Assembly (NCBI GenBank): GCA_003151115.1
Contig: PLWS01000001.1
Span: 51,438-115,437, forward strand
DNA: 64,000 bases
Origin: Vulcanimicrobiota bacterium
GTDB taxonomy: Bacteria; Vulcanimicrobiota; Vulcanimicrobiia; Vulcanimicrobiales; Vulcanimicrobiaceae
Reading direction: 5' to 3'
A program made the translations under genes and the position numbers. Under the pieces are notes generated by a model, which was not told the origin of the DNA, did not search any database, and saw nothing but the letters and a program-made list of their open reading frames with translations. Below, in pieces: positions 36,963 to 47,339 of this stretch; the stretch's first letter is position 1, and the number at the start of each line of letters is the position of its first letter.

Positions 36963-38384
36963 GTGCTCGCCGAACATGGTACTCTCATAGTCGCGATGCC
37001 ACAGATCCTCGACATCGACCGTGAACTTGCCGCCACTTTGCCGGCCGGGTCGCTCTTTGCCGTTGGAGGCCGGGTCCGCGACGAACTGCGCGGCGAGATC
37101 GAAGGCTTCGTCCCGGATCTCAAGGACCTAGACTATGTCGTCACTGGGTTACCCCAGGCCGAACTGGAGAAGCGCCTCAAGGCCCTAGGACGAGTCGACC
37201 TCGTCGGGGCCTCGTTCTCCATATTTAAGGTAACCACTAAAGGCGTTACGGTGGATATCGCCCTGCCCAGGCGGGAGCGGTCGACCGGCGCGGGCCATCG
37301 CGATTTCGAAGTTGAGAGCGGCCCGGACATTTCACTAGAGGACGACCTCGGCCGGCGCGACTTTCGCATGAACATGATCGCGCGGGCGCTGCCGTCGGGC
37401 GAGCTCGTCGACCCGCACGGCGGGCAAGCCGATATCCGCGAGCGGCGGATCGATATTCTGAGCGAGCGCGCCTTCGGTGAAGACCCGCTGCGCATGCTGC
37501 GCGCCGCGCAGTTCTCCGCGCGTTTCGAATATGCGCCGACCGAGCGCACGCGCAACGCGATGACCGCCGCGGCGCCCGCCATAACGACCGTTTCGGCCGA
37601 GCGCATGGCCGACGAATTTACGAAACTCTTGACGCTTGCGCGCAAGCCCTCGATCGGCATCGAGCTGCTGCGCGAGACAGGCGTGCTGCAGCACATCTGG
37701 CCGGAGATCCTCGAGGGCGTGGGCGTCGAGCAGAATCAATGGCACGCCTACGATTGCTACCGCCACAGTTTGGCGACGCTCGACTCGTCGCCGCCGGGTG
37801 ACTTGGTCGTCCGCCTAGCGGCGCTTTTGCACGACGTCGGCAAGCCGCGCACGAAGGATGGGCCGCATTTTTACCGCCACGAGCAAGTCGGCGCCGATAT
37901 GGCGCGCGATATGCTCGGACGGCTGCGCTTTTCCAACGACGTCATCGACTGCGTCACGCACTTGGTGCGCCAGCACATGTACGTGGGCGATCCCGATCTC
38001 TCCGATCCGGCGCTACGCCGCTTCATCAGGCGCATCGGGCCCGAAAACCTCGACCGGCAATTCGCCGTGCGGGCGGCTGACATCGCCGGAAGCGGGTTGC
38101 CCAAACGCAACGATTCGAACGAGCGTTTTCAGGCGCGCGTGCATGAGGAAGTCGCGCGCAAGCCGGCGTTTTCCGTCGCGGATCTGCAAATCGGAGGAAG
38201 CGACGTGATTGCGGCGATGGTGCGCAAAGGCCTGGCGCAGAAGGGTTTTGCGGGCGATACGCGCGTCGGCGAGGCTTTGCGCGAGCTCTTCGAGCAGGTC
38301 ACCGAACAGCCCGAGCGTAACGAGCCCGGCACGCTGCAACACCTTTTGGAAACCTACTTGGACGCGCAGCGCGATGCAAGCTAA
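36963..38384 (+). CDS. cca: CCA-adding enzyme / poly(A) polymerase-family tRNA nucleotidyltransferase with an HD domain
   Basis: 473 aa. ..LFAVGGRVRDELRG..DLDYVV.., ..RRDFRMNMIA.., HD region ..LLHDVGKP... An alternative ATG is at 36996. Confidence 0.85.
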   Translation: MLAEHGTLIVAMPQILDIDRELAATLPAGSLFAVGGRVRDELRGEIEGFVPDLKDLDYVVTGLPQAELEKRLKALGRVDLVGASFSIFKVTTKGVTVDIALPRRERSTGAGHRDFEVESGPDISLEDDLGRRDFRMNMIARALPSGELVDPHGGQADIRERRIDILSERAFGEDPLRMLRAAQFSARFEYAPTERTRNAMTAAAPAITTVSAERMADEFTKLLTLARKPSIGIELLRETGVLQHIWPEILEGVGVEQNQWHAYDCYRHSLATLDSSPPGDLVVRLAALLHDVGKPRTKDGPHFYRHEQVGADMARDMLGRLRFSNDVIDCVTHLVRQHMYVGDPDLSDPALRRFIRRIGPENLDRQFAVRAADIAGSGLPKRNDSNERFQARVHEEVARKPAFSVADLQIGGSDVIAAMVRKGLAQKGFAGDTRVGEALRELFEQVTEQPERNEPGTLQHLLETYLDAQRDAS

Positions 38385-39174
38385 GGAGTCCACACTGTCG
38401 CGAATCATCGCACTGGTCAATCAAAAAGGCGGTGTCGGCAAGAGCACAACGACAGTGAATCTCGGCGCGGCGCTCGCGGTGCTCGGCAAGCGCGTGCTGG
38501 TGGTCGATCTCGATCCGCAAGGCAACACGACGACCGGACTGGGCATCAACAAAGCCGAGATCAAACGCGATATCTACGATTTGCTGATGCACTTTGCGTC
38601 GATCGACGAAGTGCTCTGCGAGACCGAGATTCCCGGCCTGCAGATCATTCCGGCAACGATCAATTTGGCCGGCGCCGAGATCGAACTCGTATCGGCGCTC
38701 TCGCGCGAAAACCGGCTCAAAGGCGTGGTCGGGCCGATCGCGGGCGCCTACGATTTCGTGCTGATCGATTGCCCGCCGTCGCTCGGATTGCTCACGATTA
38801 ACGCGTTGACCGCGACCCGCGAGATCATTATCCCGGTGCAGGCGGAATACTATGCGCTCGAAGGACTCTCGCAGCTCACCAACGTCGTGCGCCGCGTGCA
38901 AGAAGCGCTCAACCCGGACCTGCAAGTGACGGGCGTGCTGGTCACGATGTTCGATGGCCGGACCAAACTCGCGATGGAAGTGCTTGAAGAACTCAACGCC
39001 TATTTTCCGCAGCAAATGTTCAAGACGCAGATTCCCCGCAATATCCGCCTTTCGGAGGCGCCGTCTTATGGGAAGCCGGTTATCTTGTTTGATTTGAAGT
39101 CGCGCGGCGCGCAAGCGTACATGGCGTTGGCGGCGGAAATACTGGCGGCGCAAGCCGCGGCCGTGGCGCGATGA
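38374..39174 (+). CDS. parA: Chromosome partitioning ATPase ParA/Soj
   Basis: ORF 38209..39174 trimmed to ATG 38374 (MQAKESTLSRIIALVNQKGGVGKSTTTVNLGAALA..), with the deviant Walker A KGGVGKST. Confidence 0.93.
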   Translation: MQAKESTLSRIIALVNQKGGVGKSTTTVNLGAALAVLGKRVLVVDLDPQGNTTTGLGINKAEIKRDIYDLLMHFASIDEVLCETEIPGLQIIPATINLAGAEIELVSALSRENRLKGVVGPIAGAYDFVLIDCPPSLGLLTINALTATREIIIPVQAEYYALEGLSQLTNVVRRVQEALNPDLQVTGVLVTMFDGRTKLAMEVLEELNAYFPQQMFKTQIPRNIRLSEAPSYGKPVILFDLKSRGAQAYMALAAEILAAQAAAVAR

Positions 39175-40040
39175 GCAACGCTCCGAAGCGCGGGCTCGGA
39201 CGCGGATTGGGCGCATTGCTCGGCGACGCGCACGCGACTGCCGCGCCGGCGTCGATCGCCGAGGGCATCCGCGAGATTCCGATCGATCGCATCCGGCCCA
39301 ACCCGCACCAGCCGCGCAAACATTTTGACGCCGAGGGCTTGAACGAATTGCAGGCGTCGATCGCCGAACTCGGCGTGCTCGTTCCGATTCTGGTGCGCGA
39401 GCGCGGCGATTCCTACGAACTGATTGCAGGCGAGCGGCGCTGGCGCGCGTGCGCCGGGCTACAGCGTCCCAACATCCCGGCGATCGTCCGCCGCAGCGAC
39501 GATCGCGAGAGCCTGGAAGTTGCGATTGTCGAGAACCTGCAGCGCGAAGATCTCAACGCGCTGGAAGAAGCGGCCGGCATCGCGGACCTGATCGAGACCC
39601 ACAACTTTACGCAAGAACAGGTCGCGCAGCGTTTGGGAAAGAGCCGGCCCACGGTCACCAACGCGCTGCGGATTTTGACGCTATCGGAGCCGATTAAGGC
39701 GCTGATCGCCGAGGGCCAAGTCAGCTCGGGGCACGCGAAGGCGATCCTCGGGGCTCCCGAGGGCGCACGCTTGCAACTTGCGCGCCGAGTCGCGAGCGAC
39801 GGACTCAGCGTCCGCGCGCTCGAACGCATCGTGGCGCGGCTGCAGTCTCCGCCCGCGGCCGGCAAATCCGTAGCTCGAAGCATTTCAGCAGACGATCGCG
39901 ACTTCGAAGATCGCCTCCGGCGGCGGCTCGGAACGCGGGTCGCCTTGCGCAGAGCGCAACAGGGCGGGACGATCGAGATCAAATATTCCGACGAATCGGA
40001 TCTCATGCGCATCGCGGAGCTGTTGCTCGAATCAGAGTAG
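39171..40040 (+). CDS. parB: Chromosome partitioning protein ParB/Spo0J
   Basis: 289 aa. ..RGLGRGLGALL.., ..IRPNPHQPRKHFD.., ..ELIAGERRWRA.., HTH ..TQEQVAQRLGKSRPTVTNALRIL.. Confidence 0.94.
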   Translation: MSNAPKRGLGRGLGALLGDAHATAAPASIAEGIREIPIDRIRPNPHQPRKHFDAEGLNELQASIAELGVLVPILVRERGDSYELIAGERRWRACAGLQRPNIPAIVRRSDDRESLEVAIVENLQREDLNALEEAAGIADLIETHNFTQEQVAQRLGKSRPTVTNALRILTLSEPIKALIAEGQVSSGHAKAILGAPEGARLQLARRVASDGLSVRALERIVARLQSPPAAGKSVARSISADDRDFEDRLRRRLGTRVALRRAQQGGTIEIKYSDESDLMRIAELLLESE

Positions 40041-40066
40041 AACGGCTGCGCGGCATCTATGCGATC

Positions 40067-40639
40067 GTGAATGCGGAAGGCGACCCGCTCGGCCTGACGC
40101 GCGCCATCCTGGAAGGCGGCGTGCGGATCGTTCAATATCGCGCAAAAGCCGGAATCGTCCCCGCGCAGGCCGAGGCGCTGCGCGAACTGACGCGCGCTTG
40201 TAACGCGCTCTTCCTTATAAATGATGATTGGCGCGCAGTCGAGACGTACGACGCCGACGGCGTGCACCTTGGGCCCGATGATGTCGGGTTCGATATGCTG
40301 CCGGATATCCGGCGCAGCTTAGGCGAGCGGATCATCGGCGTTTCATGCGGGACCTCGGACGAAGCGCGCGCGGCGCGAGCGGCCGACTACATCGGCGTGG
40401 GTTCGGTTTACGCGACGAGCTCGAAGAGCGACGCCGGCAATCCGATCGGCCTCGCGGGACTTAAGGAGATTGCGGCCGCGACGGCGCTTCCGATTGCGGC
40501 GATCGGCGGTATCACCGCCGAGAATCTTCGCGACGTGCGCGAAACGGGCGTGGCGATGGCCGCGATGATCTCGGCGTTCTCGTCTGCCGCCGACCCCCGC
40601 AAAGCCGCCGCCGCCTTGGTCGGGATTTGGAACGCATGA
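40067..40639 (+). CDS. thiE: Thiamine-phosphate synthase (the true start is probably upstream of the GTG in the ORF track)
   Basis: 190 aa. ..GVRIVQYRAKAG.., ..LFLINDDWRAVETYDADGVHLGPDD.., ..IGVGSVYATSSK.. In-frame upstream codons read R-L-R-G-I-Y-A-I-V-N, like the conserved G-L-Y-x-V-x-D first strand. CTG at 40046 or ATC at 40055 are possible starts. Confidence 0.85.
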   Translation: MNAEGDPLGLTRAILEGGVRIVQYRAKAGIVPAQAEALRELTRACNALFLINDDWRAVETYDADGVHLGPDDVGFDMLPDIRRSLGERIIGVSCGTSDEARAARAADYIGVGSVYATSSKSDAGNPIGLAGLKEIAAATALPIAAIGGITAENLRDVRETGVAMAAMISAFSSAADPRKAAAALVGIWNA

Positions 40640-41397
40640 GTATCATCGTCGCATCGATCGGCACGACCCATCCTTGGAATATCGCCGGCGTCGGTCTCGA
40701 CGCGCGCGTTGCCGCCGAGTATGGAGTCGGGCACGTCGTTGCGGTGGCCGGAGTCAGCGCGCAAGACGCCGAGCGCGTCACAGCGGTGCTGCCGGTCCCC
40801 GGCCGCATCGTGCAAGCTCAGCTCGACTCGCTGCCGTCCGGCGTTGCCGCGTATCGAGTCGGCGCGCTGATTTCGGCCGAGAACGTGCGCATCGTCGCGG
40901 ATTTCTTGCGCTCGCCTACCGCGACGCCGATCGTCGTGGACCCGGTCCTCGGCTCGTCAACCGGACAAGCGCTGTGGACCAACGCTGCCTACATCGACGA
41001 ACTGCGTGACGTACTGCTGCGCCTGCCCGTGATCGTGACGCCGAACCTCGATGAAGCGGCGCTGCTGCTGCATACTAAACCGCTGCGCGATCGCGAGGCG
41101 ATGGCGTCGGCCGGCGCGCAGTTTGTCGCTGCCGGTGCGCGTGCAGCTCTCGTGAAGGGCGGGCATCTTGCGGGCGATCCGGCGGATATTCTCACGACGC
41201 CGGGCGATTCGCAGCTCCTCGAAGGATCGCGTATAGCGGGTGAGATGCGCGGAACGGGCTGCGTCCTGGCCATGTCGCTGGCGTGCGAACTCGCGCTCGG
41301 GCGTGAGCTTCAAACCGCCGTCGTCAACGCGCGCGAGTACGTGCGCGGAAAAATCGAAGCAGGTACGCGCTTCGGTTCACTGCAAACCGCGTTCTGA
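40636..41397 (+). CDS. thiD: Hydroxymethylpyrimidine/phosphomethylpyrimidine kinase-like protein
   Basis: ORF 40627 trimmed to ATG 40636 (ATGA overlap with the thiE stop). ..SIGTTHPWNIAGVGLD.., ..VVDPVL.., ..VTPNLDEAALL.., ..LVKGGHL.., ..GTGC... Ribokinase-fold ThiD-like. Confidence 0.8.
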   Translation: MSIIVASIGTTHPWNIAGVGLDARVAAEYGVGHVVAVAGVSAQDAERVTAVLPVPGRIVQAQLDSLPSGVAAYRVGALISAENVRIVADFLRSPTATPIVVDPVLGSSTGQALWTNAAYIDELRDVLLRLPVIVTPNLDEAALLLHTKPLRDREAMASAGAQFVAAGARAALVKGGHLAGDPADILTTPGDSQLLEGSRIAGEMRGTGCVLAMSLACELALGRELQTAVVNAREYVRGKIEAGTRFGSLQTAF

Positions 41398-42401
41398 TGG
41401 CGACCGCAACCGCGAAGCGACCGCGCGTGATGTCGGGCATGCGTCCGACGGGCAATCTGCACCTCGGACATTATGTCGGTGTGCTGACGCAATGGGTCAA
41501 CTATTGCGAAACGGCCGACGCATTTTTCGAGATCGCCGACCTGCATGCGTTTACGACGGGATTTTCCGATCCGCAGTCGATTCGCGACGCACGCAATGCG
41601 ATAGTGGTGGATTGGTTGGCCGCCGGCGTCGATCCGAAGAAATCGACGTTCTACCTGCAATCGGGAATACCGGAGATCTCCGAGCTCGAGGTTCTCCTCG
41701 GGATGATCACGCCGATTTCATGGCTCGAACGCGTGCCCACGTTTAAGGGTCAGATCGAGGCGCTCGGAACCGACATTGCAACATACGGTTTCTTGGGCTA
41801 TCCGCTGCTGCAGCTCTGCGACATCGCGATCTTTCGCGGTGAGTTCGTTCCGGTCGGAAAGGACCAAGTCGCGCATTTGGAATTCGCGCGCGAGGTCGTG
41901 CGCCGGTTCAATTATCTCTACGGCGGTGGGGACTCGATCTTGGTCGAGCCCAAGGCCATGCTTTCAGCATTTCCCGAAGTGCCGGGTATCGACGGCCGCA
42001 AGATGAGCAAGTCCTACGACAACGTCATCTCGCTTTCGGACGACGAAGCCACCACGACGGAAAAAGTCCGCCGCATGATTACCGATCCGCTGAAGATCCG
42101 CCGCAACGATCCGGGGCGGCCGGAGATTTGCCCGGTCTTTCATCTTTGGAAGTTCGTCAAGCCCGAACATGTCCCGATCGTCGAGCGCGATTGCCGGTCC
42201 GGCGCGCTCGGCTGCGTGCAAGACAAAAGCGATTTTGCTGAAGCGCTGAACGAATTCTTACGGCCGCTGCGCGAGCGCCGCAAGATGTTCGCCGCCGACG
42301 AAGCGTATGTCGAGAAGGTCATCGCTGAAGGAACCGCGCGAGCGCGTGAGATAGCGGCTCAGACGTTAAACGACGTCAAGCGCGCGATGAAGCTCAGTTA
42401 G
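41397..42401 (+). CDS. trpS: Tryptophan--tRNA ligase
   Basis: 334 aa. ..SGMRPTGNLHLGHYVGVL.. (HIGH-type) and ..KMSKSY.. (KMSKS). Confidence 0.95.
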   Translation: MATATAKRPRVMSGMRPTGNLHLGHYVGVLTQWVNYCETADAFFEIADLHAFTTGFSDPQSIRDARNAIVVDWLAAGVDPKKSTFYLQSGIPEISELEVLLGMITPISWLERVPTFKGQIEALGTDIATYGFLGYPLLQLCDIAIFRGEFVPVGKDQVAHLEFAREVVRRFNYLYGGGDSILVEPKAMLSAFPEVPGIDGRKMSKSYDNVISLSDDEATTTEKVRRMITDPLKIRRNDPGRPEICPVFHLWKFVKPEHVPIVERDCRSGALGCVQDKSDFAEALNEFLRPLRERRKMFAADEAYVEKVIAEGTARAREIAAQTLNDVKRAMKLS

Positions 42402-43257
42402 ACTTCTGCGCTTCTAAGACATACTTCGGATCTTTCGCCGAGGCGCAGCCCGCACGGTAGACCGCGAAACGTTCGGTGAGGCCGCCCGCGAGCAGTAGCG
42501 CGCCGGCGATCCTTGAGATCGCATTGGAGTCTTTCCCCAAGGCCGCGCAGACGATGCCGCTCACGTTGAGGAGTCGGGCCGAACGCGCGAGCGCGCCTGC
42601 TTCACCTTTCGAGTATGCTTGAGCTTGCGCCGGACCGATCTCATGATGCAAAGCTTGCAATACCGCAACCATGGCCGTACCGCCGACGAGCGCTAAGCGG
42701 CGCGCCGAACCGTTGTCTCGCGCGGATGCGAAGAGCAGCCCCCACGCGCCGGCGCTCGTGGCGGACGTCGCTGCGAAGAGTCCCGGCAAAGTTTTGCGCG
42801 GCAGATGCCACGCCGGCATGACCGTATCGCCCACGAGTACCGCCGTGTACACGGACATAACCGGCCCGATCAATCCCGCGATCGCTTCGAAGAAACGCCC
42901 CGCGGATCGCGCGACGCCCGTTATTTCGGAACCCGCGGCGATAAACACCGAGCCGCTGAACGCAGAGAAGATGTAGACGCCGACGCTCATCGGCGACGTC
43001 GGCTTGACGACGCGCAGCATGTTCATGAAGCGTTCGGGTTTTTTTAGGTCGGCAATCAAACAGAACGCGCTGACCGCGCAGCCGGCGGCAGCGCCAAAAA
43101 TCATCGCGCGCGCGAGGCGATCGTTGCGCGCGGTCCGTTCCGCGAACGCCAGCGTCGCGGCCGCACCTGCTAATCCGCCCGCGAAGAAATATGTCGGAAT
43201 GAGATCCGTCCACGTCGGCGGCTTGACGATCGGGCGGCCGTAGTAGCCCTCGCTCAT
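42394..43257 (-). CDS. NrfD/PsrC-like integral membrane subunit of formate dehydrogenase
   Basis: 287 aa, polytopic. N-terminus MSEGYYGRPIVKPPTWTDLIPTYFFAGGLAGAAATLAF is typical of NrfD-family quinone-interacting subunits. Downstream of the Fe-S subunit. Confidence 0.7.
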   Translation of the reverse strand: MSEGYYGRPIVKPPTWTDLIPTYFFAGGLAGAAATLAFAERTARNDRLARAMIFGAAAGCAVSAFCLIADLKKPERFMNMLRVVKPTSPMSVGVYIFSAFSGSVFIAAGSEITGVARSAGRFFEAIAGLIGPVMSVYTAVLVGDTVMPAWHLPRKTLPGLFAATSATSAGAWGLLFASARDNGSARRLALVGGTAMVAVLQALHHEIGPAQAQAYSKGEAGALARSARLLNVSGIVCAALGKDSNAISRIAGALLLAGGLTERFAVYRAGCASAKDPKYVLEAQKSN

Positions 43258-44099
43258 CGCCGCGACACCGCGCAGAGAACCACCGCGCCGAACAATGCTG
43301 CCGCAGCGATGCCGGCCGTGCGCCAGCGCTGCGGAAGATCTTTGGTCGGCACGATGGGATTGGGCGGAAGTCCGTAGACTTGCGGTTTGTCGAGCAGCAA
43401 AAAGAGCGAACCGCCTCCGCCGACTCCGTCGTTCGGGTCGTTCAAGTAGAGCTGCGCGCCGTCAAACTTTTGCTGAACCTTTTCCAGACGCTTTTCGGCG
43501 CGCTCGCGCAGTTCGTCGACGACGCCGTACTGGATCGACTCGGTCGGACACGCTTTCGCGCACGCGGGCTGTTCGCCGACTTTGAGACGGTCGTAGCAGA
43601 GCGTGCATTTCCCCATCGTGTGATCTTCTTGCTTCTCGCCGATTACGCCGAACGGACACGCGACCACGCAGTAGCCGCAGCCGTTGCAAATGTCGTCTTG
43701 AATAACGACCGTACCGAACTCGGTCCGGATGATCGCGCCGGTCGGGCAGACGTCCAGGCATCCGGCGTGCGTGCAATGTTTGCAGACGTCGGATTCCATG
43801 AGCCAGCGCCCGGTGTCGCGCTCCGGTTCCATCTGCTCGACAAACGCGACGTGACGCCATGTATTGCCGCTCAACTCTTTAGTGTTGTCGTACGATTCGC
43901 CGGTGAATTCGTAGCCGTCGCTCGGGAGCTGATTCCATTCCTTGCAGGCAACTTCACAGGCTTTGCAGCCGATGCACAGCGTCGTGTCGGTGAAGAAGCC
44001 CATGCGGTCGCGTTCCTCGGCGCCGTACGTCGCCGACTCCGCGGCTGCCGAAGTGAGATCGATGAACCCTTCGACAGGCTCAGGACAGGCTCTACTCAT
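43254..44099 (-). CDS. Formate dehydrogenase iron-sulfur (beta) subunit, 4x[4Fe-4S], with a C-terminal TM anchor
   Basis: 281 aa. ..GFFTDTTLCIGCKACEVACKEWN.., ..CKHCTHAGCLDVCPTGA.., ..CNGCGYCVVACPFG.., ..CTLCYDR..PACAKACPT.. C-terminal hydrophobic helix. ATGA overlap with the alpha-subunit stop. Confidence 0.88.
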   Translation of the reverse strand: MSRACPEPVEGFIDLTSAAAESATYGAEERDRMGFFTDTTLCIGCKACEVACKEWNQLPSDGYEFTGESYDNTKELSGNTWRHVAFVEQMEPERDTGRWLMESDVCKHCTHAGCLDVCPTGAIIRTEFGTVVIQDDICNGCGYCVVACPFGVIGEKQEDHTMGKCTLCYDRLKVGEQPACAKACPTESIQYGVVDELRERAEKRLEKVQQKFDGAQLYLNDPNDGVGGGGSLFLLLDKPQVYGLPPNPIVPTKDLPQRWRTAGIAAAALFGAVVLCAVSRR

Positions 44100-47000
44100 T
44101 CTTGGCCTTCCAAGTGAGACCGCGTGCGAACGGCGTTCATGAAGTCGGGCACGTCTTTACCGCGCGGGCGACGCCCGGAAATGATGTCGCACGTCAAACC
44201 CTTGGTCTCTTGAATATGCGCGTTCGGATCCAGCGTGATGTTCAGCAGATCATTGGCGGAATCACCGGTCACCAGCCCGCGCGAGCCCCAGTGATATGGA
44301 AGGCCGACCGAATGCAGCGTCTTTCCGTCAACGCGCATCGGTTTGACGCGGTCGGTGACCATCACGCGCGCCTCGATGACGGCGCGCGAGGTGAAGATCG
44401 TCGCCCAATCGCCGTGCGTTAATCCGCGGAGCTGCGCCAATTCGGGGCTGACCTCGCAGAAAAACTCCGGCTGCAGTTCGCTCAAGTGAGGCACGGTGCG
44501 ACTCATTCCACCGGCGGTATGATGTTCGGTGAGCCTATAGGTATGCAGCACGAACGGAAAGACATCGCCGTGCGCGTCGCTCGGCGACGGGTTGGATTCG
44601 TTGAACGTGCGCGGGAATTGCTGGCGGCACGGATTGGCCTGCTGCGAGTAGAGCGCGTTTTTCACCGGCGATTCGTGCGGTTCGTAAAACACCGGGAGCG
44701 GTCCATCCACGATGCCGTTGGGAACGAAGAGCCAGCCCAAACCATCCTCTTGCATCACGAACGGCTGCCAGCCGGCGATCGCGTCTTCAGCTTTCGCGCC
44801 CGCTTCCGGAGTGTAATCGGGGCGTTTGGTTTTGTTGAAGTCGGGCACGTCGTGGCCGGTCCATTCGGCTTTTTCCTCATCCCACCACACGTATTTCTTG
44901 CGCTCGCTCCACGGCTTGCCTTGCGGATCGGCCGAGGCGCGATTGTAGATGATGCGGCGGTTTGCCGGCCACGCCCACGCCCACTCCGGCGCGACCCAAG
45001 ACTGCTCGCTTCCCGGTTTGCGCCGGGCGGTTTGATTGACTTCGTCTTTGAAGCAGCCACAGTAAATCCAGCAGCCGCACGCGGTGCTGCCGTCGGCTTT
45101 GAGGCCGTTGTAATCGGAAAGCGCTCTGCCGTTTGCGTCCCATCCGTTGATCTCGCGCAGCACGGCCTGCGCGTCGGGATCGGCTGTCTCGCCCTTTTCC
45201 GGATAGTTCCACGTGAGAAATGCGATCGGATCGGAGAACGGCTCTTCTTGCGCTGCGATTTTTTCTTTGATGCGCTTGCCCAAGTGATAGTAGAACCACA
45301 GGTCCGAATGCGCCTCGCCCTTCGGTTCGACAGCCTGATGATGCCACTGCAGCAGGCGCTGCGTGTTGGTGAACGAGCCGTCTTTCTCGGCGTGCGCGGC
45401 CGCCGGCATCCAGAAAACTTCGGTGGGAATGGATTCGGTGTGCAGCTCGCCCGATTCGATCTCCGGCGCGTCGTACCAAAACGAGGCGCTTTCGATTTCG
45501 CTGAAGTCGCGTACTACCAGCCATTCGAGATTTGCCAGCGCGCGGCGGTGAAGTCCGGAATTTGCCGAGCCGACCGCCGGGTTTTCGCCGATGCAAAAGA
45601 AGCCTTTGACGGTGCCGTCGAGCATGCCCATGATGCTGCGGTACGAAGAATGATCGCCGTTGATGCGCGGCAGCAGGTCAAAACAAAAATCGTTTTGTTC
45701 CGTGGCGCGTTCGCCGAACCACGCTTTGAGCAAGCTGACGATATACTTGTCCATGTTGCCCCAAGAGCCGGTCTTCGCGCCTTCGGATTCGATAAAATCT
45801 TTGAGATCGTCGTGCGCATGTGCGTGCGGCATCGGAATGTAACCGGGCAAGATATTGAAAAGCGTCGGAATGTCGGTGGAACCTTGAATCGAGGCGTGAC
45901 CGCGCAGCGCCAGAATGCCGCCGCCGGGCCGCCCGATGTTTCCAAGAAGCAGTTGAATGATGGCCGCGCCGCGGATCGTCTGCACGCCGGTCGTGTGCTG
46001 GGTCCAGGCAACCGAATAACAAAACGCCGACGTGCGCTCGCGTCCGCTGTTCGCGCAGAGCGCTTCGGCGACGTCGATGACGTGCTGCGGCTCGGTGCCG
46101 CAGATGCGCGCGACGGTTTCGGGCGTGTAGCGCGCGTAGTGGCGTTTTAGTACTTGGTAGACGCAGCGCGGATCTTGCAGCGTTTTATCCGTGTCCGGCG
46201 GCTCGCCGTGCGTGTCCATGTCTTTGTACTGCCAGGTCTCGTGCGTGTAGCCGTTCTTATCCGCGTGCCAGCCCGAGAAGAAACCATCGAGCTCTTCGCT
46301 GTCTTTGAAATCGTCCCGCAAGAGGACTGGGCCATTGGTGTAGTTGACGACGTACTCTTTAAACGCGCGATCGTTCTTGAGAATGTAGTGAATGATGCCG
46401 CCCAGGAACGCGATGTCGCTGCCCGCGCGAATGGGCACGTGCTTTGTGGCCGCGGCGCTGGTGCGAGTGAAACGCGGATCGACGTGAATGACGGTCGCTC
46501 CGCGCTCGCGAGCTTCCATGACCCATTGAAATCCGACCGGATGATTCTCGGCCATGTTGGATCCCATGATCACGATGCAGTCGGAATTCTGCAGATCTTG
46601 CTGGAATGTCGTCGCGCCGCCGCGTCCGAACGAGGTTCCCAAACTGGGAACCGTCGAGCTATGTCATAATCGGGCCTGATTTTCAACCTGCACGACGCCC
46701 AGCGCCGTGTAGAGTTTTTTCATCAGGTAATTCTCTTCGTTATCCAGCGTCGCGCCGCCGAGATGCGCGATCCCGTAGCAGCGGTTGAGCGTATTGCCCT
46801 CGTCGTCTTTGGCTTCCCACGTTTCGCGCCGCGTCTTCAGAACGCGATCGGCGATCATCTCCATCGCGCGTTCGAGCGGGAGCTCTTCCCAGTGCGTACC
46901 GTAGGGGCGGCGGTACTTCACGCGATACTCGCGCAGCAGGCTTTCGATCAGCGATAGGCTCGCCGAACCTTTCGGGCAGAGCCGCCCGCGCGAGATCGGG

Positions 47001-47221
47001 CTGTCCGGATCGCCCTCGATCTGTACGATCGTATCGTCTTTGACGTAGACGTTTTGTCCGCAGCCCACAGCGCAGTACGGGCAGATCGATTTGACGACTT
47101 TGGCGCCGTCGGTGCGGGCTTTCCAGTCAGCCGTTCTCAGCGATTGGGCTGCAGAACCCAACGCCAGCGGATCTTTTCCGCCGGCCTGGCGCAAGACAGG
47201 CCAAAGCGCGTGCTCACTCAT
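44096..47221 (-). CDS. fdhA: Formate dehydrogenase alpha subunit (molybdopterin), with selenocysteine encoded by the in-frame TGA at 46666..46664
   Basis: ORFs 44096..46642 and 46664..47431 are in the same frame (44096-47221 is 3126 nt). The junction reads ..VQVENQARL-TGA-HSSTVPSLGTSFGRGGATTF.., the FDH active-site Sec context. N-terminal Fe-S motif CPYCAVGCGQ. Start chosen at ATG 47221 (MSEHALWPVLRQ..). Confidence 0.88.
46634..46652 (-). promoter_or_regulatory. SECIS-like hairpin 11 nt downstream of the in-frame UGA
   Basis: mRNA: UGA CAUAGCUCGAC GGUUCCC-AGUUU-GGGAACC. Perfect 7-bp stem with G and U in the apical loop. Confidence 0.65.
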
Positions 47222-47339
47222 GGTTTTGCCAACTCTTGCGCCGTTCGTACCCGGAATTCCGCCGCGCAGGGCTTCGTCTGTAAGCGGACCAAGACACAGC
47301 GTCTTGACCACGAGTGACGCGAGCGCTTGGGCGCATGGC

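Noticed and set aside
45205-45220. parS-like sequence AGTTCCACGTGAGAAA
   Set aside because: It has four mismatches to TGTTNCACGTGAAACA and lies inside the fdhA coding region. I saw no convincing parS near parAB by eye, but this needs a computational scan.
46642-46664. An apparent break in the formate dehydrogenase alpha subunit, suggesting a pseudogene or two genes
   Set aside because: The break is a single in-frame TGA in the conserved Sec/Cys active-site context, followed by a SECIS-like hairpin. It is interpreted as selenocysteine rather than gene decay.
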